This document shows, one piece after another, positions 34,625-45,407 of a stretch of 64,000 nucleotides of DNA. Source of the DNA: an uncultured cyanobacterium (GTDB lineage: Bacteria > Cyanobacteriota > Cyanobacteriia > Cyanobacteriales > Microcystaceae); assembly GCA_963807635.1 (NCBI GenBank), contig CAWEDJ010000042.1:1-64000 (forward strand). Reading direction: 5' to 3'. Below the pieces are notes generated by a model that had not been told where the DNA came from, ran no database searches, and was given only the letters and a program-made list of their open reading frames with translations. The position numbers were made by a program, and so were the translations under genes. The stretch's first letter is position 1. Each line of letters starts with the position of its first letter.

Positions 34625-36070
34625 ATGCTTTTTTCCCCTGCTCCCATTAAATTTGGTACCGACGGTTGGCGCGGTGTGATTGCCGCCGAATTCACCTTTG
34701 AACGGGTTGCCCTCGTTGCAGCGATCGCGGCCCAAGTATTAGCTAAAAATTACGGAAACGGAAGAGAACCGCGCATTATTGTGGGTTATGACCGACGCTT
34801 CATGGCAGAAGATTTTGCCAAATTGGTCGCCCAAACCGTTCAAGAACAGGGTTTTGAAGTCTTGTTATCCACAACCTATGCACCGACCCCCGCCTTTAGT
34901 TGGGCCGCAAAATACGAAAATGCCTTGGGAGCTTTGGTTTTAACCGCTAGTCATAATCCCGCTAAATATTTAGGATTAAAGGTCAAAGGAGCCTTTGGAG
35001 GATCGGTCGGGCCAGAAATTACTGAACAAATTGAAGCCCTATTAGATGCGCCCGTAACCCTAGCAGACAAACCTGGCACGATCGCCGATTTTGATCCCTG
35101 GCCCAGTTATGTCAAGGGTTTACAAGCAATGGTGAATGTTGCACCCATTAAAGCCGCTATTGAACAGGGAAAATTACAAGTTTTTGCGGATGTGATGCAC
35201 GGAGCCGCGTCGGGAGGATTAGCTCGTTTATTGGGTTGTGACATTAATGAATTAAACAGCGATCGCGATCCCTTGTTTGGTGGGGCATCTCCCGAACCCT
35301 TGGCAAAATATGTCCCTGAATTGCTCAATACATTAAAAACCGAATCTGAAAAAGAATCTTCAAACGTTCGTATTGGTCTCATTTTTGATGGAGATTGCGA
35401 TCGCATTGCGGCGGCGGATGGTCGGGGCAATTTCCTGAGTTCCCAGGGATTGATTCCTATTTTGATCGATCACCTAGCCCAACGAAAAGGACAACAGGGT
35501 GAAGTTGTCAAAACCGTCAGTGGCTCCGATTTATTTTCCCGTTTAGCGGAACTCTATCATTTACCTGTCTTTGAAACGGCGATCGGTTATAAATACATCG
35601 GCGATCGCATGATGACCGAATCTGTTCTAGTCGGTGGCGAGGAATCGGGCGGCATCGGTTACGGTAACCATATTCCTGAACGGGATGCTTTGTTATCCGC
35701 GTTGTATGTATTAGAGGCGATCGTGGAATCGGGTCAAGATATCAGCGATCTCTATCGTTCATTACAAGACAAAACCCATTTCCATAGTGAATACGACCGC
35801 ATTGATTTACCCCTTGCCAGTATGGAAACACGGGCCAAATTACTCGATAGTTTAGAGAAACATCCTTTAACTGAAATTGCAGGTCAAACCATCACAGATT
35901 GCATTACCAAAGACGGTTATAAATTTCGGATGGCGGGCGGCGGCTGGTTGCTGATTCGCTTTAGTGGGACGGAACCTGTTTTAAGACTCTATTGTGAAGC
36001 TCCTAATAATCAACGAGTTCAAGAAGTTCTTCTATGGGCTAAAAATTGGGCAAATTCCATTGATGCTTGA
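34625..36070 (+). CDS. Phosphoglucomutase/phosphomannomutase family
   Basis: FGTDGWRG, TASHNP, DGDCDR, GEESGG, RFSGTEP. Confidence 0.95.
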   Translation: MLFSPAPIKFGTDGWRGVIAAEFTFERVALVAAIAAQVLAKNYGNGREPRIIVGYDRRFMAEDFAKLVAQTVQEQGFEVLLSTTYAPTPAFSWAAKYENALGALVLTASHNPAKYLGLKVKGAFGGSVGPEITEQIEALLDAPVTLADKPGTIADFDPWPSYVKGLQAMVNVAPIKAAIEQGKLQVFADVMHGAASGGLARLLGCDINELNSDRDPLFGGASPEPLAKYVPELLNTLKTESEKESSNVRIGLIFDGDCDRIAAADGRGNFLSSQGLIPILIDHLAQRKGQQGEVVKTVSGSDLFSRLAELYHLPVFETAIGYKYIGDRMMTESVLVGGEESGGIGYGNHIPERDALLSALYVLEAIVESGQDISDLYRSLQDKTHFHSEYDRIDLPLASMETRAKLLDSLEKHPLTEIAGQTITDCITKDGYKFRMAGGGWLLIRFSGTEPVLRLYCEAPNNQRVQEVLLWAKNWANSIDA

Positions 36071-36168
36071 TAGGGTTAAAAAGGGCGATCGCGTTTCGGG
36101 TTAGAGGGGGGCGATCGCGTTTTTTGTGATGTTAATGTTAGAATTCCGAATAAAAAGGAAAATCGTTT

Positions 36169-36615
36169 ATGATCTCTGTACCGTCTTCCGTTTCTCTCTA
36201 CGAACAGGATTATGTTGAATGGCTAGATGTCACCCTTGAGCAACTTCAAAATCGAGATATAAAGCATCTAGATTGGACAAATTTAATTGAAGAGGTAGAA
36301 GCCTTGGGTAGCGAACAACGTCATAAAGTTGAAAGTTATCTGATCCAGCTTTTAAAACATTTACTTCTTTATCAATATTGGGAATCCGAAAAACTTTATT
36401 GTGCGAGGGAATGGTTAGAAGAAATTGATAATTTCAGAAATGAACTTGAAATTTTATTGCGCTCTAAAACCTTATCAAATTACACTTTTTCTATTCTCGA
36501 AACTGCTTATCAAAGGGCGAGACGTTCTGCTAAAACCAAAAGTGATCTCAATATTTTTCCCGTAAATTGTCCCTATTCGATGGAACAAATTCTTGATCCT
36601 GATTGGTTTCCTTAA
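36169..36615 (+). CDS. DUF29-family protein
   Basis: LYEQDY..W...LDWTNLIEEVEALG...FP..CPY...QILD. Confidence 0.9.
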   Translation: MISVPSSVSLYEQDYVEWLDVTLEQLQNRDIKHLDWTNLIEEVEALGSEQRHKVESYLIQLLKHLLLYQYWESEKLYCAREWLEEIDNFRNELEILLRSKTLSNYTFSILETAYQRARRSAKTKSDLNIFPVNCPYSMEQILDPDWFP

Positions 36616-36698
36616 ATTATTGATTTAACCCCGATTTTTTGTCCTACGGTTTGGAGCTATCAGGGCGATCGGTGCCTATTCAAAGCCTCTTCTCAAAA

Positions 36699-37586
36699 CT
36701 AAGAACTGAGCCAAAGAATACAGGGAATCGTTAACAGACTCGCCAGGGTTGTGGTAACAATGGTTCTGGCCACTTTCACCGAATCTCCACCGAATTCTGT
36801 CACTAAAACAATGGTATTCACCGCAACGGGCATGGCACTCTGGAGAACTAACACCTGTAGGTCTAACCCCGTCAAATGGAACAATTTTCCGACCCCATAG
36901 GCCACCAAGGGAGCCACCCCTAAACGCAAACCAGAAGCCACCGTTTCATAACGTCCTACTCCAAAACGGGTACTGGCTAACTGCACTCCCAATAGTAAGA
37001 GGGCAATGGGAATCGCGGCTTTTCCGAGTTGGGCGATCGCGGTATCAAGTTGAAAGGGCAATTTGAGATCAAAAAAGCGCAGACTTAAACCCGCTAACAT
37101 TGCCCAAACCAGAGGGAGCTTTAGGGTAAATCGAAACCCCGAAGACAGGCTATGGCCCGCCAAAAGGGCTGGAATAATTCCAAATAGAAGAATGCTAGAA
37201 CCAATCATATAGATAATGGCCCGTTCTAGTCCTGCGTCTCCCAGGGTAAAAGCAATTAATGGTAAACCTAGATTGCCATTATTGGGTAATAGGGTTGTGG
37301 CGAGTAAACTTTTACGGGTTAAAATCGGTAATTTTAAATAATATCCCAAAATCCAGATAATACCGTAGAGAATAACCGAAATTAGCGCAAAACTGAGGAG
37401 TAAGCTAATGGCACTCTGTAAAGATAGGGTCGTTCGATAAAGACCATCGGCAACCAACGCAGGAGCCAGAATATACACACTGAGTTGGGAGAGAGCCTTG
37501 GCTTCGAGGGAAATTGTTCGTGCAGCGATCGCCCCCAGCAAAATAATAAAACTAACAGAAACAATGGCAGAAAAAAAGGCTATCAT
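36699..37586 (-). CDS. AEC-family (malate/auxin efflux) transporter
   Basis: NNGNLGLP, QSAMPVAVN, about 10 TM segments. Confidence 0.9.
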   Translation of the reverse strand: MIAFFSAIVSVSFIILLGAIAARTISLEAKALSQLSVYILAPALVADGLYRTTLSLQSAISLLLSFALISVILYGIIWILGYYLKLPILTRKSLLATTLLPNNGNLGLPLIAFTLGDAGLERAIIYMIGSSILLFGIIPALLAGHSLSSGFRFTLKLPLVWAMLAGLSLRFFDLKLPFQLDTAIAQLGKAAIPIALLLLGVQLASTRFGVGRYETVASGLRLGVAPLVAYGVGKLFHLTGLDLQVLVLQSAMPVAVNTIVLVTEFGGDSVKVARTIVTTTLASLLTIPCILWLSS

Positions 37587-37720
37587 CAGGGATTCGGCAT
37601 AAAATAAAGCTTTAGGTCGTCTAAGTTTCTTGGGTTAGATGGAAATCCTTGGCCTTGAGGGCGGGGAGGATGTCAATCCTAAACAATATCGTTTTATCGC
37701 GAACTATTGCCAAAATCAGC

Positions 37721-38737
37721 ATGATCAACTCCCAACCTGCTATTCATGAGATGACTGAACACCCCATTGTCTCTACAGGTCATTTGCCCCCTGTCGAACT
37801 GGTAACGTCCTTGGTTGCCCAGGCATCCGATCGCTTTAAATCCATTACAGAAGGCAACGTTGCCGATTATATCCCCGCCCTAGCCCAGGTTCCTGCCGAT
37901 CTGTTTGGAATTTGTGTTGTTGAAACCAATGGCAATATTTATACGGCGGGAGATACAGACTACGAATTTTCGATCCAGAGTGTGTCTAAACCCTTTGTGT
38001 TCGCTCTGATTTGTCATGCGATCGGTGAAGATGTCGCACGGGAGAAATTGGGGGTCAGAAGTACGGGATTACCCTTTAATTCGGTAATTGCCATTGAACG
38101 CATTGACGAAGGAACCAGTAATCCAATGGTTAATGCGGGCGCGATCGCGGCGACCAGTTTAGCTCCAGGGGAGACTGCCGCCGAAAAATGGCAATTCATT
38201 CAGGATGGATTATCCCGCTTTGCAGGCCGAAAATTAACCCTCAACGAAGAAGTCTATCAATCTGAATCCGCCACCAACCAACGCAACCAGGGCATTGCCA
38301 AATTGCTCCAAGCCTATGACCGTATCTTTTTTGACCCCATTCAGGCAACGGATATTTATACCAAACAGTGTTCTTTAAACGTCACTGCCAAGGATCTAGC
38401 CGTCATGGCCGCAACTCTCGCCAACGGAGGCGTAAATCCCATCACCTCAGAACGAATTATTGATGCGATCCACTGCCAACACGTTCTCGCGGTCATGGTA
38501 ACGGCAGGACTCTATGAAAATTCGGGAGACTGGTTATATGAAACGGGTTTACCAGGCAAAAGTGGAGTGAGTGGCGGCATGGTCGTGGTTTCTCCAGGCA
38601 AAGGCGGATTAGGCTGTTTTGCTCCTCCCCTCGATGAAGCGGGTAATAGTGTTAAAGGTCAACTGGTGACCAAATTTCTGTCTCAAGAGTTGGGTCTCAA
38701 TCTTTTTGCATCGGAACCGACCGTTAAAGCCGTTTAG
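37721..38737 (+). CDS. glsA: Glutaminase A (start uncertain, 37649-37751)
   Basis: VADYIPALA, IQSVSKPF, NPMVNAGAI, PGKSGVSGG. Confidence 0.95.
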   Translation: MINSQPAIHEMTEHPIVSTGHLPPVELVTSLVAQASDRFKSITEGNVADYIPALAQVPADLFGICVVETNGNIYTAGDTDYEFSIQSVSKPFVFALICHAIGEDVAREKLGVRSTGLPFNSVIAIERIDEGTSNPMVNAGAIAATSLAPGETAAEKWQFIQDGLSRFAGRKLTLNEEVYQSESATNQRNQGIAKLLQAYDRIFFDPIQATDIYTKQCSLNVTAKDLAVMAATLANGGVNPITSERIIDAIHCQHVLAVMVTAGLYENSGDWLYETGLPGKSGVSGGMVVVSPGKGGLGCFAPPLDEAGNSVKGQLVTKFLSQELGLNLFASEPTVKAV

Positions 38738-38915
38738 GGATGATCTAATGTGCCAATAGTTCCCTGGGGGATCTGCTCACTCGCGGCGATCGCGTTACCT
38801 GTTGTTAGTTGAAACCCATTTTTTGATGAATCTTTTGCAAAGAAATTTTATAGTATAATGGCTGTAAAATATTCTCATTGGGCATTATAAAAATTCATTC
38901 ATCAAGGGGTTTGCT

Positions 38916-40648
38916 ATGTCGAGATTACTGGTGACGCAATACCAAACGGAGGTTGAAAAAATTATTCAGTATGGCGGCTCAAAAAAAGAAACCAGTATCC
39001 GCAATGCCTTTGAGCGTTTATTGAATGATTATTGCAAGCCACGCAATTATTTACTGATTCCTGAATTGGATTTTAAAACGAAGTTTAATACAACGGTTTT
39101 TCCCGATGGCACGATTAAGGATGCGATTCGGCTAGAGCATGGCTGGTGGGAAAGTAAGGATGAATACGACAAGCTGGATCTGGAAATTGAGAAAAAGTTT
39201 GAAAAAGGTTATCCCGATGAAAATATTTTGTTTGAAGATTCTCAAAATGCGGTTCTGATTCAGCATAGTCGAGAGATTGGGCGTGTATCGATGCGGGATG
39301 CGGAGGAACTCGATCGCCTGTTAAATATTTTTGTTGATTATGAACGGCCAGAGGTGCGGGATTTTCGGGCGGCTATTACGAAGTTTAAGGAAGATATTCC
39401 CCAAATTCTGGAAAAGTTGCGAGAAACGATTCAATTAGCGGAAAAGGAGAATCAACAATTTCGCGATCGCCGTAATAGTTTTTTAGAGGTTTGTCGGCAG
39501 TCGATTAATCCAGAGATTACGATTTTTGATGTCCATGAAATGTTGATTCAACACATTTTAACGGAGGATATTTTTACCAATATTTTCCATGAGTCGCAGT
39601 TTCATCGAGAAAATAATATTGCCCGTGAATTATCTGCTATGTTGGATACTTTTTTTACGGGAAATATTCGTCGTAATACGCTTAAAAGTATTGAATATTA
39701 TTATGCTGTGATTCGTCGGAGTTCGGAAAATATTGCGAATCATCATGAAAAACAAAAGTTTCTAAAGGCTCTCTATGAAAATTTCTATAAAGCTTATAAT
39801 CCCAAGGCGGCGGATCGATTAGGGATTGTCTATACACCGAATGAAATTGTACGCTTTATGATCGAGAGTGCGGATCATTTGGTACATAAACATTTTGGTA
39901 AGTTATTATCGGATGAAGGGGTAGAAATTCTCGATCCTTGTACGGGGACGGGAACCTATATTACGGAACTGATTGAATATTTGCCTCCCCATAAGTTAGA
40001 GCATAAATATCAGCATGAAATTCATTGTAATGAGATGGCGATTTTGCCCTATTATATTGCGAATTTGAATATTGAGTTTACCTATGCTCAGAAGATGGGA
40101 AAGTATGAGGAGTTTAAGAATATTTGTTTGGTGGATACGTTGGATCATTGTGGTTTTGAGGGGAAACAGTTTGATTTGTTTGCGATGAGTGTGCAGAATA
40201 CGGCTAGGATTCAAAATCAAAACGATCGCAAGATTTCGGTGATTATTGGTAATCCGCCTTATAATGCTTGGCAAGAGAATTTTAATCAAAATAATGCGAA
40301 TCGTCCCTATGCCGATATTGATAAACAAATTAAGGCGACTTACATCAAAAAAGGAACCGCTCAGAATCAAATCGCGGTTTATGATATGTACACTAGATTT
40401 TATCGGTGGGCAGCGATCGCTTGGGTAAAAATGGTTTAGTTGCGTTTATTACTAATCGTTCTTTTATTGATTCTCAAACATTCGATGGCTTGCGGAAATG
40501 TTTGGCGGATGAGTTTGATTATATTTACATTGTTGATACTCAGTCAGACGTGAGAAGCAATCCAAAAATCTCTGGAACGAAAAATAATGTTTTTGGTATC
40601 CAAACTGGTGTTGCTATAATGTTTTTAGTGAAAGTTGCAAAGGAGTAA
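38916..40648 (+). CDS. Type ISP-like R-M enzyme, N-terminal nuclease + N6-methyltransferase part, no helicase (apparent single-base deletion near 40412)
   Basis: PDG...ESK nuclease-like motif, GIVYTP, LDPCTGTG, GNPPY, FITN, GIQTGVAI. Confidence 0.88.
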
Positions 40649-40653
40649 TAGCT

Positions 40654-40890
40654 ATGACTATAGAAACAGCTATCTTAGAGAACATCAAACAATTGCCCGA
40701 TGATATCAAAAAATCAGTTTTTCTCTATACAGAATTTCTGGTTAATCAACTTAGCAATAAAAGTCTAGAAAAAGTCGAAATTCAACCATCTAAGAAACGA
40801 AATTTATTTGGGTCAATGAAGGGAACTTTTGTTTTGCCTTTGCCAGATGATTTTAATGATCCTATAGATGATTTTGAGGAGTATGTGTAA
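40654..40890 (+). CDS. vapB: DUF2281-type VapB antitoxin
   Basis: KKR..FGSMKG...LPDDFNDP.DDFEEY. Confidence 0.85.
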   Translation: MTIETAILENIKQLPDDIKKSVFLYTEFLVNQLSNKSLEKVEIQPSKKRNLFGSMKGTFVLPLPDDFNDPIDDFEEYV

Positions 40891-41285
40891 TGAGTTCCTT
40901 GCTACTAGATACCTGTGTCTTTATTTGGTTAGTAGAAGAGAGTTCTAATCTCCCTTTGAAGGTAAAAAATAAAATTGAGAATACAGAAAATATTTTTGTT
41001 AGTATTATCAGCTTTTGGGAAATTGCCATGAAGTCAAAAAAAGAAAAAATATTATTTACTTGTGAATTTAATGAGATTGAAGCTAGATTTCAAAAGACAG
41101 ATCTTGAACTATTGCCAATTTCTATCGAAGATACAATTAGATTTTATAATCTTCCTTTTTATCTTAAAGATCATAAAGATCCCTTTGATCGACTTTTAAT
41201 TTCTCAGGCACTTAATCGGTCAATACCTTTAGTAACATCTGATAGTCAGTTTGATGATTATCCAATCGAAAAAATTTGGAAATAA
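40890..41285 (+). CDS. vapC: PIN-domain VapC toxin
   Basis: LLLDT, SIISFWEI, HKDPFDRLLISQA, LVTSD. Confidence 0.92.
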   Translation: MSSLLLDTCVFIWLVEESSNLPLKVKNKIENTENIFVSIISFWEIAMKSKKEKILFTCEFNEIEARFQKTDLELLPISIEDTIRFYNLPFYLKDHKDPFDRLLISQALNRSIPLVTSDSQFDDYPIEKIWK

Positions 41286-41287
41286 CT

Positions 41288-43601
41288 ATGGCAAGAATTT
41301 TTTATTTTACATTACAGGATGAGCAGACTAGACATGAAAAGATAGATTGGTTTGCAAATATTAAAATTGAGAAGATTCTTTTTGATGAGATTATTCCAGA
41401 TAAGAAGGCTAATTGGGTAAATCAAACTGATAATAATTTTGATGACTTATTGCCTTTGGTTAATAAGGAAGTAAAAGCAGGAAGATCTGAAGAAGCAATT
41501 TTTAAACTATTTTCGACAGGACTCAAAACGAAAAAAGACGAATGGGTTTATGATGTTTCTAAAAATAATCTTGTCGCTAAAATAAAATTTTTTATAGAAA
41601 TATATCAAAAGACGTTAAATCGTGAAAAATTAGTCGATGTTAAAAATCAAATTAAGTGGGATAGAGAATTAGAAAATTATCTAGAAAAAAAAATTACTAA
41701 ACAATTTAACTCTCATCAAATTATTGAGGCTTGGTATCGTCCTTTCTCGAAACAATATTTATATTTTGATAAGCATCTCAATTCAATGGTTCTACAGTGG
41801 TTTAATATTTATAAAACTGACCAATTAAACAACTGTATTAGCTTTGTTGCACCAGGCAATTCTAAATCTTTTCATTGTTTAGCAGGAAATTCTGTCGTTG
41901 ATGTACACTTTACTGGCGATTCTCAATGTCTTCCACTCTATCGTTACGATGAAAACGGCGATCGCATTGATAACATTACCGACTGGGGCTTACAGCAAAT
42001 TTCGTTCAAACCCGCTACAAGTATGGTAACATGAAAAAAACTTAAAAAAATTAATGAGATATGGCAGCATATTCGCTAGATTTACGCCAAAGAATACTAA
42101 CGGCATGGCAAAACCAAGAAAATACTCAAAGAGGTTTAGCAAAACGATTTAAGGTTAGCTTATCTTTCGTTCGCGATTTTTTACGTCGGTATCGACAAAC
42201 AAATGAAATAGCACCCAAACCCCAAGGGGGAGATCGCCGTTCAAAGATAAAGGGTGAAGACGAAGAATTATTAAAAAAAATAGTTGCAGAACAAAATGAT
42301 ATATATTTACGAGAAATCCAAGAAAAATTGCAACAAGAGAAAGGAATAGAAGTAAGTATATCGGGGGTAAGTCGAACTCTTACACGTTTAGAATTAGGGC
42401 GTAAAAAAAAAACATTAGTAGCAAGTGAGCAAGGCACAGAAAAGGTTAAAGAATCGCGTTATGAATTTAGACGTTGGCTAGAGACGATAGATATAAGAAA
42501 CCTGATATTCATTGATGAGACGGGTCTTAATCTAGCGATGGTAAGACTCTATGCGCGTTGTCTGGGAGGAGAAAGGGTTTATGATGAGCGTCCAGGAAAT
42601 AAAGGACAAAACATCACTTTAATTGGGGCGATGAGTGATGAAGGTTTGATTGCCTCAATGACCTTTCCTGGCAGTCTAAATACCGATAGTTTTTTAGTCT
42701 TTATTGAGCAAGTATTATTACCTCAGTTATGGGCAGGGGCAATTGTCGTGATGGATAATTTGTCTGTACATTACGCTACCGTCACTACAAATCTGATTGA
42801 ATCTGTTGGAGCCAAGGTTAAATTTTTACCTTCCTATTCGCCAGATTTATCACCAATTGAGTTGTGTTGGTCTAAATTAAAAGAAATTATTCGCTCTGCT
42901 AAAGCTCGAACAATCGAGGCTCTTGACGAAGCTATTACTAATGCGATCAATACCATTACTGATGAAAATGCTCTTGATTGGTTCCAACATTGTGGTCTCT
43001 ACTTTGAGCCTTTGAGATAGCTTTTTCGTGGTGCGTTTGATCGGAAATTGCTGTAACCCAATTCCAAACCCATTATCAAGATTCAAAAATCACCAAAGAA
43101 AATATTTTTCATTATACCTACGCCGTTTTACATCATCCCCACTACCGCACCAAATACGAACTCAACCTTAAACGCGAATTTCCCCGCTTACCCTTTTACG
43201 AAGACTTTCATCAATGGACAAATTGGGGTAAAACCTTAATGGAATTACATCTCAACTACGAAACCATTCAACCCTACGGACTCCAACAAATCGAAATCGC
43301 CACCAAAGAAAACCCCAAAGCCAAACTCAAAGCTGATAAAATTAACGGAGTGATAACCCTCGATGAAAATACACAATTGATTGGAGTAAATGCGATCGCC
43401 TGGGAATACAAACTCGGCAACCGATCAGCATTAGAATGGATACTCAATCAATACAAAGAAAAGAAACCCAAAGATCCGACCATCGCCAAACTTTTTAATA
43501 CTTACAAATTTGCGGATTACAAAGAACAAGTAATTGATTTATTACAAAGAGTTTGCACCGTTAGCGTTAAGACAATGGAAATCATTCAAAAAATGCCATA
43601 G
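41288..43601 (+). pseudogene. Type ISP C-terminal specificity-domain gene (416 aa when restored), interrupted by IS630
   Basis: YRPF, DNITDWGL | TQFQTHY...YAVLH.P.YR.KY..NLKREFPR.P, WEYKLGNRSALEWI; joins in frame after removing the IS and one TA. Confidence 0.88.
41993..43053 (+). mobile_element. IS630-family element (transposase 42061-43020)
   Basis: Inverted ends CAGCAAATTTC / GGAAATTGCTG; TA duplication at 41991-41992 and 43054-43055; YSLDLR, FIDETG, MDN, YSPDLSPIE. Confidence 0.95.
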
Positions 43602-43615
43602 GAGAACCGAGACAA

Positions 43616-43882
43616 ATGTTTAAATGCCATATTTGTAATTCAAAAGATTCTTATGTGAAATATGTAAATGAAGTTTTTAAAATTGGGAATGATTTTCATC
43701 TTGTAGAAAATATCCCTACTACAGTTTGTTCTCGATGTGGCGAAGAGATTTTTAGCAGTGAAACATCGGAAGCAATTAGAGTAATGTTACATGATAAATC
43801 TAAACCCATTAAATCAGTCGTTTTAGATGTTTTTCTTACCAACAGGAAGCAAAGGCTTCTTAAACTTCTCTTTCAAAAATAA
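43616..43882 (+). CDS. YgiT/MqsA-type zinc-finger protein (orphan antitoxin-like)
   Basis: CHIC...VENIP..VCSRCGE. Confidence 0.8.
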   Translation: MFKCHICNSKDSYVKYVNEVFKIGNDFHLVENIPTTVCSRCGEEIFSSETSEAIRVMLHDKSKPIKSVVLDVFLTNRKQRLLKLLFQK

Positions 43883-43905
43883 AAATTCTCGTTTATCAAA
43901 AAATT

Positions 43906-44151
43906 ATGTACAGTCAAAAAATCAAGGCAACCATTAACGAAACTGGGCAAATTATTCCCCATGAATCAATTCAGTTAAAAGCAGGTGAAGTTGAAATTAT
44001 TATCTTCTCTGAGGTACAGGATTCTAAACCATTGAGTTTACAACAAATTGTAAAAATGCCTCTAGCCGAAAGACATCGTTATCTGAAACAATTTATGGAT
44101 TCTACCGCACAGGATTTTAAAGATGATCCAGAGCTTACTGAATTTGGTTAA
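43906..44151 (+). CDS. Small hypothetical protein, antitoxin-like
   Basis: IKATINETGQI...GEVEIII; KMPLAERH...DPELTEF. Confidence 0.6.
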   Translation: MYSQKIKATINETGQIIPHESIQLKAGEVEIIIFSEVQDSKPLSLQQIVKMPLAERHRYLKQFMDSTAQDFKDDPELTEFG

Positions 44152-44204
44152 TTGTCTTAAAAGAAAATTACTATAATATTTTAATTAAAAATCACAGAAA
44201 AAAA

Positions 44205-44447
44205 ATGAATGTTCAACTAATGGTTCAGCCTTCTTCATTTATTGATTCTGGAATACAAATGAAACCAGTTCGTGATTTGCATTTATTTAAGTTTAATAAT
44301 GACTTACAGGATCGTCTTGAATTTCTTAATCAGAAAAAAAGAGATTTAATATTAACCTCAGAAGAAGAATCAGAATTGAACGGAATTCTTGAACTAGATC
44401 GTATTTTTACATTATTAAATGCTAAAATTATCGCCGAATGTGCGTAA
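44205..44447 (+). CDS. Small hypothetical protein, antitoxin-like
   Basis: LQDRLEFL...LTSEEESEL..ILELDRIFTLLNAK. Confidence 0.65.
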   Translation: MNVQLMVQPSSFIDSGIQMKPVRDLHLFKFNNDLQDRLEFLNQKKRDLILTSEEESELNGILELDRIFTLLNAKIIAECA

Positions 44448-44486
44448 ATGTAATTATCTTTAAAAAAATTTAGTCTTAAAAAAACT

Positions 44487-45092
44487 ATGTCTTTTAATGA
44501 CTATCAAACAATCTCACAACTACTCACAGAATACAAAATTGAATATCAACAACAGGATTTTGTAAAAGAATCCTGGACTGAAACATCCATCGTCTTTGAC
44601 ATTGATTTTGAATTTCATGAAACTTGCTGTAATACCGATCAATCTTATATCGCTAGACGCGAGTTAATGACCCTACCCATACTCAAAGAATTGTATCAAA
44701 ATTGCGATGGAATGAACGGAAGTCCAGATTTTTGGATACAACCAAAACTTGAATTTACGGAAGAACTTTCTGGAATAGTTGATTATATGCTCACCGATGA
44801 ATCAGCAATAAAGACAGAAAATTTCAGCTTGCCGATTCTTCTTTTAGTTATTCAGGTTAAAAATAATGATTTTGAGCAAACTTGGGCATATTGTCTCGCC
44901 GCACTGATTACTGCCGATCACCTTAATCAACAAACTCGTCCTGTCTATGGCATTGTCACCGATGGCAAAACCTGGGAGCTAGGAAACTTGGATCATCAAA
45001 TTTTTACAAAAAATTTAACAACTTATTCTATAGACCAAGAAGAAAAATTGTTTTCTCACCTTAATGGATTTTTTGCGATCGCAACTCAATAG
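44487..45092 (+). CDS. Hypothetical protein with a restriction-endonuclease-like fold
   Basis: GIVDY...IQVK...VYGIVTDGKTWE. Confidence 0.6.
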   Translation: MSFNDYQTISQLLTEYKIEYQQQDFVKESWTETSIVFDIDFEFHETCCNTDQSYIARRELMTLPILKELYQNCDGMNGSPDFWIQPKLEFTEELSGIVDYMLTDESAIKTENFSLPILLLVIQVKNNDFEQTWAYCLAALITADHLNQQTRPVYGIVTDGKTWELGNLDHQIFTKNLTTYSIDQEEKLFSHLNGFFAIATQ

Positions 45093-45407
45093 TTAAACTC
45101 AAAGCCGATCAAATTAACAGAGTAATTAATCTTGATAAAAATACACAATTAAACGCGATCGTCTAAGAATATATACTCAGCAACCGATCAACTTTGGAAT
45201 GGCAAAAGACAGAATATTTACAGCGATCGCGGTTATGTTTTATCATTGGATTGAGTTTTAATAATTGGGCGTAAACTTATTGGGCGGAAGCCTACCAAAA
45301 TCAATATTAATTAACAATAATTAATATTGCTGAAATCACCGATCGCACTTTGGGTTTTGTTACCCCATCAGTTTTTAACTATTAACCCCATTCAGGAGAA
45401 CAACCTC

